Assembly: GCA_963817895.1 (NCBI GenBank)
Contig: CAWFQB010000005.1
Span: forward strand, 768,001-832,000
DNA length: 64,000 bases
DNA from: an uncultured Chthonomonadaceae bacterium
GTDB lineage: Bacteria; Armatimonadota; Chthonomonadetes; Chthonomonadales; Chthonomonadaceae
Direction of reading: 5' to 3'
The notes beneath the pieces are model-generated. The model searched no databases, was not told the DNA's origin, and saw only the letters and a list, made by a program, of their open reading frames with translations. Below are positions 40,239-50,260 of the stretch, piece after piece; the stretch's first letter is position 1; every line of letters starts with the position of its first letter. The position numbers were made by a program, and so were the translations under genes.

Positions 40239-41607
40239 ATGAGTATCACAGGGCGCTTTTATCGTTTACGGCAACGGGCGGGGCAGATAGGGGCGTTGGC
40301 GTGTTTGCTGGCTGCTGTTTCCGCTTCCGTTTGCCACGCGCAGCAGATGCTGAAGGTGCAGACGCAGAAACTGGCGAACGGGCTGACGGTTCTGGCGCTG
40401 GAAGACCATACCACGCCCTCTATCGCCTACTACACCGTGTTCAAAGTGGGGTCGCGCAACGAGCATCCGGGCATTACGGGCCTGTCGCACCTGTTTGAAC
40501 ACATGATGTTCAACGGTTCGGCAAAGTACGCGCCCAAGCAGTTCGATGAGATACTGGAAACGGGCGGCGGCTATTCCAACGCCTTTACCAATGCCGATAC
40601 AACCGAATATTACGAGGAGTTTTCCTCCGGCACGCTGGACGTTGTTTTGCGCATGGAAGTCCGACCGGATGCGCGCCCTCAAACTGGACAAAGCCAACAT
40701 CGAGCAGGAGCGCGGCATCGTCAAGGAGGAGCGGCGCGTCAACACGGACAACAACGTCGAGTCGGCGATGGACGAAGTGTTGTGGAACAGCGCGTTTGTC
40801 GCCCACCCCTACCATTGGGACACCATCGGCTTTATGAAGGACATTGACGCCATCCGATTAGAGGACGCCAAAACCTATTTCCGCGAACACTACGCGCCCA
40901 ACAATGCGGTCGTCGCGGTTGTGGGCGACTTCGACACGAAGCAGTTGTTCGCGAAAATTACGCAATATTATGGCGACATCAAAGCGCAGCCCGCGTCGCG
41001 CCCGGTTGTCAACGCGGAACCGCCGCAACAGGGCGAAAAGCGGATCGCGTTCCACAAAGCGGCGGAATTGCCCGCCGTTCAGGTCGGCTACCATGTCGGC
41101 TCCGCCCACGACAAGGATGATGCGAGTTTGGATGTGCTGTCCACCATTCTGTCGCATGGCGAGAGTTCGCGCCTGTACCGTTTGCTGGTGTATGACAAAC
41201 AGATCGCCACATCGGTTTCCGCTGGCAACGACTCGCGGCAGGACCCCGGTTTGTTCATCTTCACCGGTCAGGCGCAGCAGGGACACACAACGCAGGAGTG
41301 CGAAAACGCCATTTACGACGTGCTGGCGGGCGTACAAAAGGACGGCGTAACCGCGCAGGAGATGCTCAAAGCCCGCAACGTGGAGCGCGTCGAGTTTCTG
41401 GACAAGTTCAAAACCAACATCGGGCGCGCGGGATTGGTTGCCGAGTACGAGGCGAACTGGGGCGGATGGAAACATTTATACGATTATCTGCCCCGCCACG
41501 ACAAAGTAACCCCCGCCGACGTGCAGCGCGTTTCCAAACACTATTTCAGCGACCGCAACCGCACTGTCGTAACGCTGATACCGGAAAAATCAGGAGACAA
41601 GGAATAG
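40239..41607 (+). CDS. M16 (pitrilysin) zinc peptidase, catalytic subunit; frameshift near 40659
   Basis: HLFEHMMFNGS (HxxEH), NAFT, ERGIVKEERR, YAPNNAVVAVVGDFD. Confidence 0.92.
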
Positions 41608-41713
41608 AATGGCCCTCAACCCCCGGCCCCTTCTCCCTCAAAAGCGCATTTCAAAGCGAAGCAGAAATGCGCAATTTGGGGGAAGGGGAGAGTATTTAGT
41701 GGTTACGTCACCC

Positions 41714-43103
41714 ATGATAGACTGTGTGAAAGGTTCTGTTGGATTTGTCTGCACCCTTTTGTTCGGGCTTTGGACATGCGGGGCGGGGGCGCAGAAGATC
41801 AATCTGCCGCCTGTGACGCGAACTACGCTGCCGAATGGGTCGCGGGTGGTGCTGATGGAGTACCATCGCGCCCCGAGCATCGTATTAACGGCGCAGTTTG
41901 CGGGCGGCAGCGTATATGACCCGGCAGAGAAAACCGGCGTGGCCGAACTGACCGCAACCCTGATGCGCAAGGGAACGGAAACCCGAACGGCGCTTCAGCT
42001 TGCCGAGCAGATAGACACGCTGGGCGGCAGACTGAGCGCGGGCGCGGGCGATGACCGTATTTCCGTAACGCTGGACGTGCTGAGTAAGGACACGGACGCG
42101 GGCATGGACCTGTTCGCGGACATTATCCGGCATCCCACCCTGCCCGAAGACGAGTTGACGCGGGAACGGCAGTTGGAGATTTCCAGTTTGCAGGCGTTGG
42201 GCGAAAGCCCCGGCGCGATTGCCTCCCGCGTCGCCAACGAGATCGTGTATGCCGGACATCCCTACGGGCGCGAAAGTACCATCACGTCCCTGAAAAACAT
42301 TACTCGCGAGGATTTGCGGTCGTTCTACGACCAGATTTTCCGTCCCAACCGGATGATACTGGTGGCTGTCGGCGACTTCAAAAGCAGTGACATGCTGGCG
42401 AAACTGACCAGTCGTTTCGGCGATTGGAAGGCGGACGCGCCTGCCCTGCCTGTAGTTGCGCCGTTCACGTCTTCCCCGCGCAAAGTGGTGCTGATTGACA
42501 AGCCGGACGCCACGCAAACGCAGGTTCGCTGGGTACGTGCCGGTTTTCCACGCCGCAGCCCGGACTACTTCGCGGCGCAACTGGCGCAGTCCGCGCTTGG
42601 CGGCGGTTTCACGTCCCGGCTTATCAACGAAATTCGCGTGAACCGTTCGCTGACATACGGCATCAACAGTTTTTTCGCGCCCCAACTGCTCGGCGGCGAT
42701 TTTGAGGTTTCCACGTTCACCAAAATCGAAACCACCAAAGCCCTGCTGGACGCGACAACCACCGTTCTACAGCAGGCGGCAGACAAGGGACTGACCGCCG
42801 CCGAAATACAAAAAGCGAAAAGCTACCTGAGCGGGCAATTCGCCATCGAGGTACAATCGCCGGAAAGTCTGGCGGGGCAACTGGCGAATATCGCGTTTTA
42901 CGGTTTGCCTGCCGACTATCTGCAAACGTATCTGCTGCGACTCCGCGCCGTGCCGCTTGCCGACGTGAACCGCGTGGCGCAGCGCCTACTTCGGACCGCA
43001 GTCCATGTCGCTGATTCTGGTCGCCCCCGCCGCCAAAGTAAAATCGCAACTGTCAAGTTTGAGCAATGTAGACATACGCCCGGTTGATACCGTTGGCAAA
43101 TAA
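41714..43103 (+). CDS. M16 peptidase non-catalytic partner subunit; frameshift near 42985
   Basis: TLPNG, LGGGFTSRLINEIRVNRSLTYG; lacks HxxEH; the shifted frame ends at TAA 43103. Confidence 0.88.
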
Positions 43104-43120
43104 GTGTCGAAAGGAAGCGC

Positions 43121-44407
43121 GTGGACATACCGCATCTGTTATCGGAGTTGGCGAACGTTGTGGGTGGCGTAAATGTGCTGGCGCAGGCTGTGCCGCCGGA
43201 ATTATCTCTGCCTTCCGGCTGGAAGAATCCGCCCGTTGCCACTATAATTCCCGGCAGTTCGGATGAAGTGGCGCGGGTTGTTACGGCGTGTGAAGCGTCG
43301 GGAGTTGCCATTGTGGTTATCGGGGGCGCGACGCAGCTGCAAACGGGCTATCCGCCCCGCGAAGACAGGCCGTATCTGCTGCTTTTTACCGCCCGAATGA
43401 ACCGCGTACTGGATCATCAGCCGGACGATATGACGATTACCTGCGAACCGGGAATTACGCTTGCCGCCGTGCAGGAGCATCTCAAAGCGCATCGGCAGAT
43501 TTTAGCCCTCGACGTGCCGCATGAAGATAAGGCGACCGTAGGCGGAATCGTATCTACAAACCTGAGCGGGTTCTGGCGCAACGCTTTTGGTACGCCTCGC
43601 GATCTGGTAATCGGCCTTCATGCCGTGATGAACGGAGGAGCGCGGGTCAAGGGCGGCGGCAAAGTGGTCAAAAATGTTGCCGGGTACGACGTGTGCAAAC
43701 TGTTTACGGGCGGGTGGGGGACGGCAGGCGTGATTACGGAAGTGACGTTTCGCGTTCGTCCCCTGCCGCCCTCCGAGCGCGTTATTCGACTGGACGCGCC
43801 CGACCTTGCCACTGCCGCTCATGCCGGATTGACGCTGCACCACGCGCAACTGGCCCCGATCTCTCTCATTATAACCAATGAGATTGACGGAAGACCCTGC
43901 CTGCTGGCGCTCCTGCAAGGCGTAGAGGCGCGTATGGACTGGCAGACCAACGAAATGGCGCGTATCGGCGCGCCGGAAGGATTGCAAGCGCCGCAGATTG
44001 TACCAACGGCTACCTTCCGCGAGTTGGGCGACAAACAGGGCAGGCTTGACGCCGCGACTCCCCTTGCCGGACGTATCGCCTGCCTGCTGACCGATCTCGA
44101 ACCCACATTGCGCAAACTGGAAGCTCTTCCCGGTATTCACCTGACTGCGGATGTTGCTGTAGGAATTATCCATTTTGCTGCGAACGAAACTAGCCCGGAT
44201 TTTGTCCAAACCATTGTGAACGCGGTTCCCGACACGGCGAACCTGCGCTGGATACGAATAGACGCCGACTTAGCGGAACGCATCGGCGCAAATCGTCTTA
44301 ACCTGTGGGGCGAAACGCGGGAAACGACACTGCTGCAAGCCGCGCTGAAACAGGCCATTGATCCCGTTGGCACATTCAGCCCCGGTCGCTTTGTGGGAAG
44401 AATTTAA
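43121..44407 (+). CDS. FAD-binding oxidoreductase (GlcE-like)
   Basis: ATVGGIV, GGKVVKNVAGYDVCKLFTGGWGTAGVITEVTFR, LKQAIDP.GTFSPGR. Confidence 0.88.
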   Translation: MDIPHLLSELANVVGGVNVLAQAVPPELSLPSGWKNPPVATIIPGSSDEVARVVTACEASGVAIVVIGGATQLQTGYPPREDRPYLLLFTARMNRVLDHQPDDMTITCEPGITLAAVQEHLKAHRQILALDVPHEDKATVGGIVSTNLSGFWRNAFGTPRDLVIGLHAVMNGGARVKGGGKVVKNVAGYDVCKLFTGGWGTAGVITEVTFRVRPLPPSERVIRLDAPDLATAAHAGLTLHHAQLAPISLIITNEIDGRPCLLALLQGVEARMDWQTNEMARIGAPEGLQAPQIVPTATFRELGDKQGRLDAATPLAGRIACLLTDLEPTLRKLEALPGIHLTADVAVGIIHFAANETSPDFVQTIVNAVPDTANLRWIRIDADLAERIGANRLNLWGETRETTLLQAALKQAIDPVGTFSPGRFVGRI

Positions 44408-44411
44408 GCGA

Positions 44412-45446
44412 TTGAAACGTGTCAAAGCAAAGTTCTGGATAGCCCTGACTCTGGTTTGCCTGCCGCTGCTTGTACTGGCGGGCATGATGCAGACGGCGCG
44501 GCGCGAAGCCGCCGCGCGTAAACATCAGCATCAACTCAATGGCGATTTGTTTCAAGCAGTGAAGGAGAACATGGTTCCGCAGGTGGAAGCGTTGCTGGCA
44601 AAAGGCGCGGAAGCGAACTCGCAAGCATATTACGAGGAACCGGATGTCAGCCTGTCGGCTTTATGGCAGCAATGGAGGAACCGACTGCGTGGCGCGCCTC
44701 TGTCAACAGACAGCGCGAACCATGGAAGCGCGGGATTGGCTATGCAGGCGGCTCTGGACATAGCCGCGCAGACACAGTTCAAGGACTGGCGCGTATTAAA
44801 GTTGCTGGTGGATCATGGAGGAGACATTAACGCATGTGGGTATGAAGGCTTGAGCCAGAGTGCGCTGGATTGGACGACGGAACTGCAAAATTGGAAAGTA
44901 ACGAACTATCTGCTGGATCACGGCGCGAAGCCGGAAGTGGCAGAGATGAACGGTTCTATGAGCAATTCCACTCCCCTCCTGCAAACGGTCGCCTGCGACA
45001 ATATACAGGTTGCGACAAAGATGCTGGATAAAGGCGCGAACGTGAATTTCGTGCCGAAAGAGAACGGGGATACCGCGCTGTGTATCGCCATCATCCATGA
45101 GAACCCGGCCATGATTCGTTTGCTGCTGAAACGGGGCGCGGACATCAATCTGCCCAACCCGCAGGGACAAACGCCGCTGCACCGCTGTCAGGGCAGCGCG
45201 AAAGAGTTGGAAACCGCGACCCTGCTGCTGGATGAGGGAGCCGACCCCAATCGAAAAGATAGGGACGGCAACACCCCCCTGATGCTGGCGGCAAACGGCT
45301 ATCTGGAAATGACGCGACTGTACCTGTCACACAAAGCCGATACAACCATCCGCAACAAACAGGGACAAACCGCTTTGCAAATCGCCCAATCCCATAAAGA
45401 GACGGAAATTGCGACTGCGCTGAAGCAGGCAGGCGCAACGCGCTAA
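44412..45446 (+). CDS. Ankyrin repeat protein with N-terminal TM helix
   Basis: GDTALCIAI, GQTPLH, GNTPLMLAA, GQTALQIA; TTG start inferred. Confidence 0.88.
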   Translation: MKRVKAKFWIALTLVCLPLLVLAGMMQTARREAAARKHQHQLNGDLFQAVKENMVPQVEALLAKGAEANSQAYYEEPDVSLSALWQQWRNRLRGAPLSTDSANHGSAGLAMQAALDIAAQTQFKDWRVLKLLVDHGGDINACGYEGLSQSALDWTTELQNWKVTNYLLDHGAKPEVAEMNGSMSNSTPLLQTVACDNIQVATKMLDKGANVNFVPKENGDTALCIAIIHENPAMIRLLLKRGADINLPNPQGQTPLHRCQGSAKELETATLLLDEGADPNRKDRDGNTPLMLAANGYLEMTRLYLSHKADTTIRNKQGQTALQIAQSHKETEIATALKQAGATR

Positions 45447-45493
45447 CACTCAGGCAGCAGAAACTCGCCGCCCAATCTGCATCTTTGTAACTG

Positions 45494-45633
45494 TTCACCA
45501 CCAGGACGCCAGGAACACCAAGAGAAGACAGACAACTAAAAAATGTAGAACCTGAAACATTTTGTTCTCTCCTGTAATTGCAAAACGTTTTCGTCTCGTT
45601 TTTCTTGGTGTTCCTGGCGTCTTGGTGGTGAAA
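45494..45633. repeat. Nonamer-type inverted repeat
   Basis: ttcaccaccaggacgccaggaacaccaagaga ... ttttcttggtgttcctggcgtcttggtggtgaa. Confidence 0.85.
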
Positions 45634-45662
45634 GATTTTAATCGTTTGGAGAATTAACCGCT

Positions 45663-47141
45663 GTGCTGATGACCATTACCAGTGAAGCCCCCGATGCGTC
45701 CGATCTGGGCTTTCTGCTGCATAAAAACCCCGCCAATGTGCTGCGCGAAACCCGCAATTTCGGCGACATGATTGTCTTCTATCCCGAGGTCGAAGCGCAT
45801 CGCTGTACCGTCGCCCTCCTGCTTCAGGTGGACCCTGTCGGGCTGATACGCGGGCGGCAACACGCCAACGGCATTGACCAGTATGTGAATGATCGCCCGT
45901 ATGTCGCGTCGAGCCTGCTCAGTGTGGCGATTGCGGACGTGTTCGGCAGCGCGCTGAACGGGCGCAGCCGGGAGCGGGCGGAGCGCGTCGGGGAGAAAAT
46001 GCCCCTTCGCGCCCATCTGTCCGCCGTGTCCTGCGCGGGCGGCGCGGAGTTGATTACGCGCCTGTTCGCGCCTTTAGGATATACCGTAACCGTCGAGCGG
46101 GCGGCGCTGGACGAACGCTTTCCGAATTGGGGCGAATCGGACGTGTACGCGGTTGGGCTGGAGGGGATGCAGACGGTACAGGCGTTGCTTTCGCATCTCT
46201 ACGTGCTGATACCCGTTCTGGACAACGCCAAGCATTATTTTGTGGGAGAAGCCGAGGCCGACAAACTGCTGCAAAAGGGCGCGGACTGGCTGCCGACTCA
46301 CCCGGAACACGACCTCATCACGCGCCGGTATCTGAACTACAAGCAGTCTATCATTCGGGGCGCGTTGGATCAGTTGAAAGCCTTGCAGCCTGTTCTTGAG
46401 GACGCGACCGAAACGCAGGACGAGGCCGACGCCCGCAACGAACAGGCCGAAGCAACCCGCGAAACCAGTCTGCGCCTGAACGATGCGCGACTACAGGCGG
46501 CTCTGGCAGCGGTCACAGAACTAAATCCGCCCGCGCAACGCGTGTTGGATCTGGGCTGTGGCGAGGGCAAACTGCTTAAAATGTTGCTGAACGAGCGTAG
46601 CCTGCGCGAAATCGTGGGGGTGGACGTGGCCGCGCATACGCTGGAACACGCTTCCCGCCGCCTGCATCTGGACACCATGCCGGAACGCCAACGCGCCCGC
46701 ATCCAACTTTTGCAAGGCTCAATCGTATATCGAGATGAGCGTTTCAACAATTTCGACGTGGCGCTGCTTATCGAAGTGATCGAGCATCTGGACCCGCCGC
46801 GCCTGAACGCGATGGAGCAGGTTGTGTTCGCCCATGCCCGCCCGCGCCGGATTGTGATTACCACGCCCAACGCGGAGTACAACAGCCATTGGGCCAGCCT
46901 TCCCGCCGGTAAATTCCGGCATCGAGATCACCGTTTCGAGTGGACTCGGGCGCAATTTCAAGAGTGGGCGCAAGCCGTTGCCGCCCGGAATGGTTACAGT
47001 GTGGCGTTTCAAGGGATCGGACCTGAAGAACCCGAACTCGGCAGTCCCACGCAAATGGCGGTGTTTGACCTCACCCCCGGCCCCTCTCCTTGCCGCGCAA
47101 CGCGCCAGGAGAGGGGAGAGGCTGTATATGAAAGTATCTAA
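45663..47141 (+). CDS. hen1: 3'-terminal RNA ribose 2'-O-methyltransferase Hen1
   Basis: DLGFLLHKNP, QYVNDRPYVASS, LYVLIPVLDNAKHY, VLDLGCGEG, EVIEHLD, TTPNAEYN, FRHRDHRFEWTR, GSPTQMAVF. Confidence 0.95.
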   Translation: MLMTITSEAPDASDLGFLLHKNPANVLRETRNFGDMIVFYPEVEAHRCTVALLLQVDPVGLIRGRQHANGIDQYVNDRPYVASSLLSVAIADVFGSALNGRSRERAERVGEKMPLRAHLSAVSCAGGAELITRLFAPLGYTVTVERAALDERFPNWGESDVYAVGLEGMQTVQALLSHLYVLIPVLDNAKHYFVGEAEADKLLQKGADWLPTHPEHDLITRRYLNYKQSIIRGALDQLKALQPVLEDATETQDEADARNEQAEATRETSLRLNDARLQAALAAVTELNPPAQRVLDLGCGEGKLLKMLLNERSLREIVGVDVAAHTLEHASRRLHLDTMPERQRARIQLLQGSIVYRDERFNNFDVALLIEVIEHLDPPRLNAMEQVVFAHARPRRIVITTPNAEYNSHWASLPAGKFRHRDHRFEWTRAQFQEWAQAVAARNGYSVAFQGIGPEEPELGSPTQMAVFDLTPGPSPCRATRQERGEAVYESI

Positions 47142-47652
47142 ACGAAAACTCTGGATTCGGATGTTCGGGCTGTTTGTCAGTATGCCGCTTTCGTTGCTGT
47201 TGCTCGGTTCCGCGTACACGCGCGACCGGACGCGCAAAATGGAAGCCCATGACGAAGCGCTCAAACAGGGGATTGGTTCGCTGTGCAATGCCGCTATGCT
47301 GTACGCGATGGCGCATAATGGCAAACTGCCGTCCGCCGAGCATTGGGTGCAGGACATGCAAACGGAAGCCGGGGCGCTGCCGCTGACCCTGCCGCATACG
47401 CCGGGGGGCGCGGGCCGCAGCATTGCCATGAACCGCTCTCTCGCCAACGTGAGCCTGAAAACTCTGCCCCATCCCGAACGCGCTATTCTGTTCTTCGAGT
47501 CCACGTCCCCCGCGCCGGGGGCCTGTGACAATCTGCAATCTCTGATACCCGTCGGCGATCCCGCCCCACTCCTGTTTGGCTTCGCGGACGGCCACCTCGA
47601 AGACTTCCCCGCCAATCAACGCGCCGAAGTCCTTAACCGCGCAAGCAAATGA
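47128..47652 (+). CDS. Small membrane-anchored protein with FADGH C-terminal motif
   Basis: TM helix, AMLYAMAHNGKLP, FGFADGH; resembles truncated prepilin/DUF1559-type proteins. Confidence 0.65.
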   Translation: MKVSKRKLWIRMFGLFVSMPLSLLLLGSAYTRDRTRKMEAHDEALKQGIGSLCNAAMLYAMAHNGKLPSAEHWVQDMQTEAGALPLTLPHTPGGAGRSIAMNRSLANVSLKTLPHPERAILFFESTSPAPGACDNLQSLIPVGDPAPLLFGFADGHLEDFPANQRAEVLNRASK

Positions 47653-47665
47653 GATCGTTTCAGGT

Positions 47666-48082
47666 TTAAGGCAGTCCGAGCCTTGCTTTGAGGGCTTTCA
47701 CCATGCCTTTAGGGGTGAGGTCAGACTTCAAAGCGCCGTCCACAATGCGCTGTAGAAGATTATCTGAAGCGGGAAAATGACGCTGAAATTTGCTGCCCTG
47801 CCCCAATGCGCTCAACTGCTCAAGTTTGTCCAGTGTATCAACCTCTATTTCCATCAGGAGATCGAAACTTACAGCAGTTTTGCGGTTGATGAATGGGTGT
47901 TCGCCGGGTTCGAGAACCAGCGTCATATCTGTTGTGGAGGTAAGAGTGTTGAAGGGGACAGCAAGGATTGTCAGTGGGTTTCCCGCCGCATCGCACACGA
48001 CGACAAACAGGTGAAGTTTTGCGTCCAATCCTCCCAATCCGCCGAGAAGGAAAGTATCGCCCGCCTGAAAAGACGCCATCAA
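47666..48082 (-). CDS. Putative toxin partner of a Panacea antitoxin (possible MazF/PemK-like fold)
   Basis: Overlaps the antitoxin stop; GDTFLL..HLFVVV..D.TLVLEPGEHPFI pattern. Confidence 0.6.
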   Translation of the reverse strand: MMASFQAGDTFLLGGLGGLDAKLHLFVVVCDAAGNPLTILAVPFNTLTSTTDMTLVLEPGEHPFINRKTAVSFDLLMEIEVDTLDKLEQLSALGQGSKFQRHFPASDNLLQRIVDGALKSDLTPKGMVKALKARLGLP

Positions 48083-48612
48083 AGCGCCTCCAAAACAAGT
48101 CGGGTATCATCCTGAATACGTATGTTTTCCAGAATACCGGCAATATCTTCTTCGTCAAACCCCTCGACGCGAAGAACTGCCTCATACGTCAATTCTTTAG
48201 AAGAGTCTTTCAAATCTTCCCATTCAAGCGATGCGTGTACAACATCAGCCATCGGCCACCTGCTATGACTTTTGAAGTCTGCGAATACTTTATCTATAAT
48301 GCGGTCTTCCGCAATGGAGAGCGCGTCCGCGCCGGGGCTGCTAGAAAGGGTCACATTGGAATTTTCGGTCGTAATGTAATTTGACCAGTAGGTAGAATGA
48401 GCCTCTTCCTTGATGAGATTGTACGTTGAACTCAGCGCGGGGCCATATTTCAGCGCAAACCAACGGTCGTATGTGATGGGCTTGCCATGTTCGACAAGCA
48501 TCTGCTTATCGGCGACATAAAGCAGTTTCATCAATTGCGTATAAGGCAGGCATCCTCCGGCCAATTGCAAAAATCGCGCCGCCATCTGCGTCGTTTTGTC
48601 TTCACGAAACAT
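48079..48612 (-). CDS. Panacea (SocA/DUF4065) domain antitoxin
   Basis: LMKLLYVADK..HGKPITYDRWFALKYGP; GGAGG RBS. Confidence 0.85.
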   Translation of the reverse strand: MFREDKTTQMAARFLQLAGGCLPYTQLMKLLYVADKQMLVEHGKPITYDRWFALKYGPALSSTYNLIKEEAHSTYWSNYITTENSNVTLSSSPGADALSIAEDRIIDKVFADFKSHSRWPMADVVHASLEWEDLKDSSKELTYEAVLRVEGFDEEDIAGILENIRIQDDTRLVLEAL

Positions 48613-48785
48613 GATAAACCTCCCGCCTGTTCTCTGCGCCATCCGCCCAACCCCGAATGTAAATGAATTATACCATTGTTGACGAACGAGGAGAGGGAAA
48701 CCTTGTTTTCTCCTTTTTCGTTTATTTCGCGTGTTTCGCGGTTCCCCTCTCCCTGTCTCCTTATCTCCTCTTCTCCCTGTCTGAG

Positions 48786-50237
48786 TTACGCGGTTTGTTG
48801 CAGGGCGTTGAGCAGGATGTCTATCGCCCGATGCGCCAGTTCTTCCGGTGTATTGAGCGACGGAATCAGGCGGAGGGCGGCGCAGTCCGTATGCGGGTTG
48901 CCAATTTTCGCGCCACAGGTCAGCAATAATAAACCATTGGCGCGGGCGTGGGCTTTTACGGTATCACATCGGGCGTAATCGGGTTTGCCTTGCGCGTCGC
49001 GCAGTTCGACGGCGAGCATCAGGCCGTTTCCGCGCACATCTACCACGCCGCAGTGTCCGACAAGCGGGCGCAGGCGGGCGGTGATTTCCGCGCCAAGACA
49101 GGCGGCGCGTTCCACGAGTTTTTCTCGCGCAACGGTTTGCAGGGCGGCCAGTCCCGCCGCGCAGGAGAGAGGGTTGCCGCCAAAAGTTGTGCCGTGTTCT
49201 CCCGGTTGCCACTTTGACATGAGTTCCTGACGGGCGGCGATGCCCGCCAGCGGCAGTCCGCCGCCGACCGCTTTGCCGAACACAACCACATCCGGCTCAA
49301 TTTCCAAATGCTCGAAACCAAACCATTTTCCGGTTCTGCCAAACCCGGATTGTATCTCATCGGCAACCAGCAAAATGCCGTATTCGCGTGTCAACTGGCG
49401 TATGCGTTGCGCGGCTGTGAGCGACATGGGCATATAGCCGCCCTCGCCCTGCTGCGCTTCCATGAAGACGGCGGCGATTTCATGCCCATGCTGTTGTAGA
49501 ATCTGTTCAAGGCCGTTCGCGCAGCACTGATCGGCGGGTTTGCGCGGTTGACAGCCCTGGCAGCGCGGGGCGGGAGCGTGGAAAATGTTGGCGCGAAGCG
49601 GGGCAAGGAAATCTTCGTAGGCGTTCCAGTGCAGGGTTTTGGAACGGGACAAGGCGCTTGCGAACAGAGTGCGGCCATGAAACGCGCCTTCAAACGCGAC
49701 AAACTTGTGGCGTCCGGTCGCTTTCAAGGCCAGTTTCGCGGCGGAATCAATGGACTCGCTGCCGCTGTTCATAAACAGAAATGACCAGTCGGAACCGGAA
49801 TTGTCTGGGGAAGCGGTTGAGCTGGCAGAATGAGTATCGGAGGAAGCGGGCAAAACGGTCTGGAACAGATCGCGCATCCAGGCGGCGAGTTCCAGTTGCG
49901 GCGTATGGCGGAAAATGTCGGATGTGTGCAGGGTTCGCGCCGCCTGTTCCTGAATGGCGCGTACCACATCGGGGTGATTATGCCCGCAGGCGTGAACCGC
50001 GATGCCGCCCGTAAAATCTATGTATTCTTCGCCCTGATAGGTCGTTACCGTCGCGCCCCTCGTTTCCAGCGCAACACTGTCCGTTTCAAATCCGACCACT
50101 TCGGCCAGCAAGCCCGCGTCGTTCCACTCCAAAACCTGCTCGTTCCACGCCAAACCGGACTCGTTCGCTGTCTGAGCGTATCCATTTCCCGTTTGCGCGT
50201 GTTTATTTCCGATCTCAACCTGTTCCTCTTGCAACAT
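48786..50237 (-). CDS. Class III PLP aminotransferase (GabT/LAT-like)
   Basis: NSGSES, FHGRT, DEIQSGFGRTG, FGKAVGGGLP, HGTTFGGNP. Confidence 0.92.
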   Translation of the reverse strand: MLQEEQVEIGNKHAQTGNGYAQTANESGLAWNEQVLEWNDAGLLAEVVGFETDSVALETRGATVTTYQGEEYIDFTGGIAVHACGHNHPDVVRAIQEQAARTLHTSDIFRHTPQLELAAWMRDLFQTVLPASSDTHSASSTASPDNSGSDWSFLFMNSGSESIDSAAKLALKATGRHKFVAFEGAFHGRTLFASALSRSKTLHWNAYEDFLAPLRANIFHAPAPRCQGCQPRKPADQCCANGLEQILQQHGHEIAAVFMEAQQGEGGYMPMSLTAAQRIRQLTREYGILLVADEIQSGFGRTGKWFGFEHLEIEPDVVVFGKAVGGGLPLAGIAARQELMSKWQPGEHGTTFGGNPLSCAAGLAALQTVAREKLVERAACLGAEITARLRPLVGHCGVVDVRGNGLMLAVELRDAQGKPDYARCDTVKAHARANGLLLLTCGAKIGNPHTDCAALRLIPSLNTPEELAHRAIDILLNALQQTA

Positions 50238-50260
50238 TCTGCTTCATCCTTTTCTCGGAA

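Noticed and set aside
40640..40680. Programmed frameshifting in the M16 peptidase, fliI or msrA
   Set aside because: No slippery heptamer or stimulatory structure seen; window-wide indel density points to sequencing error
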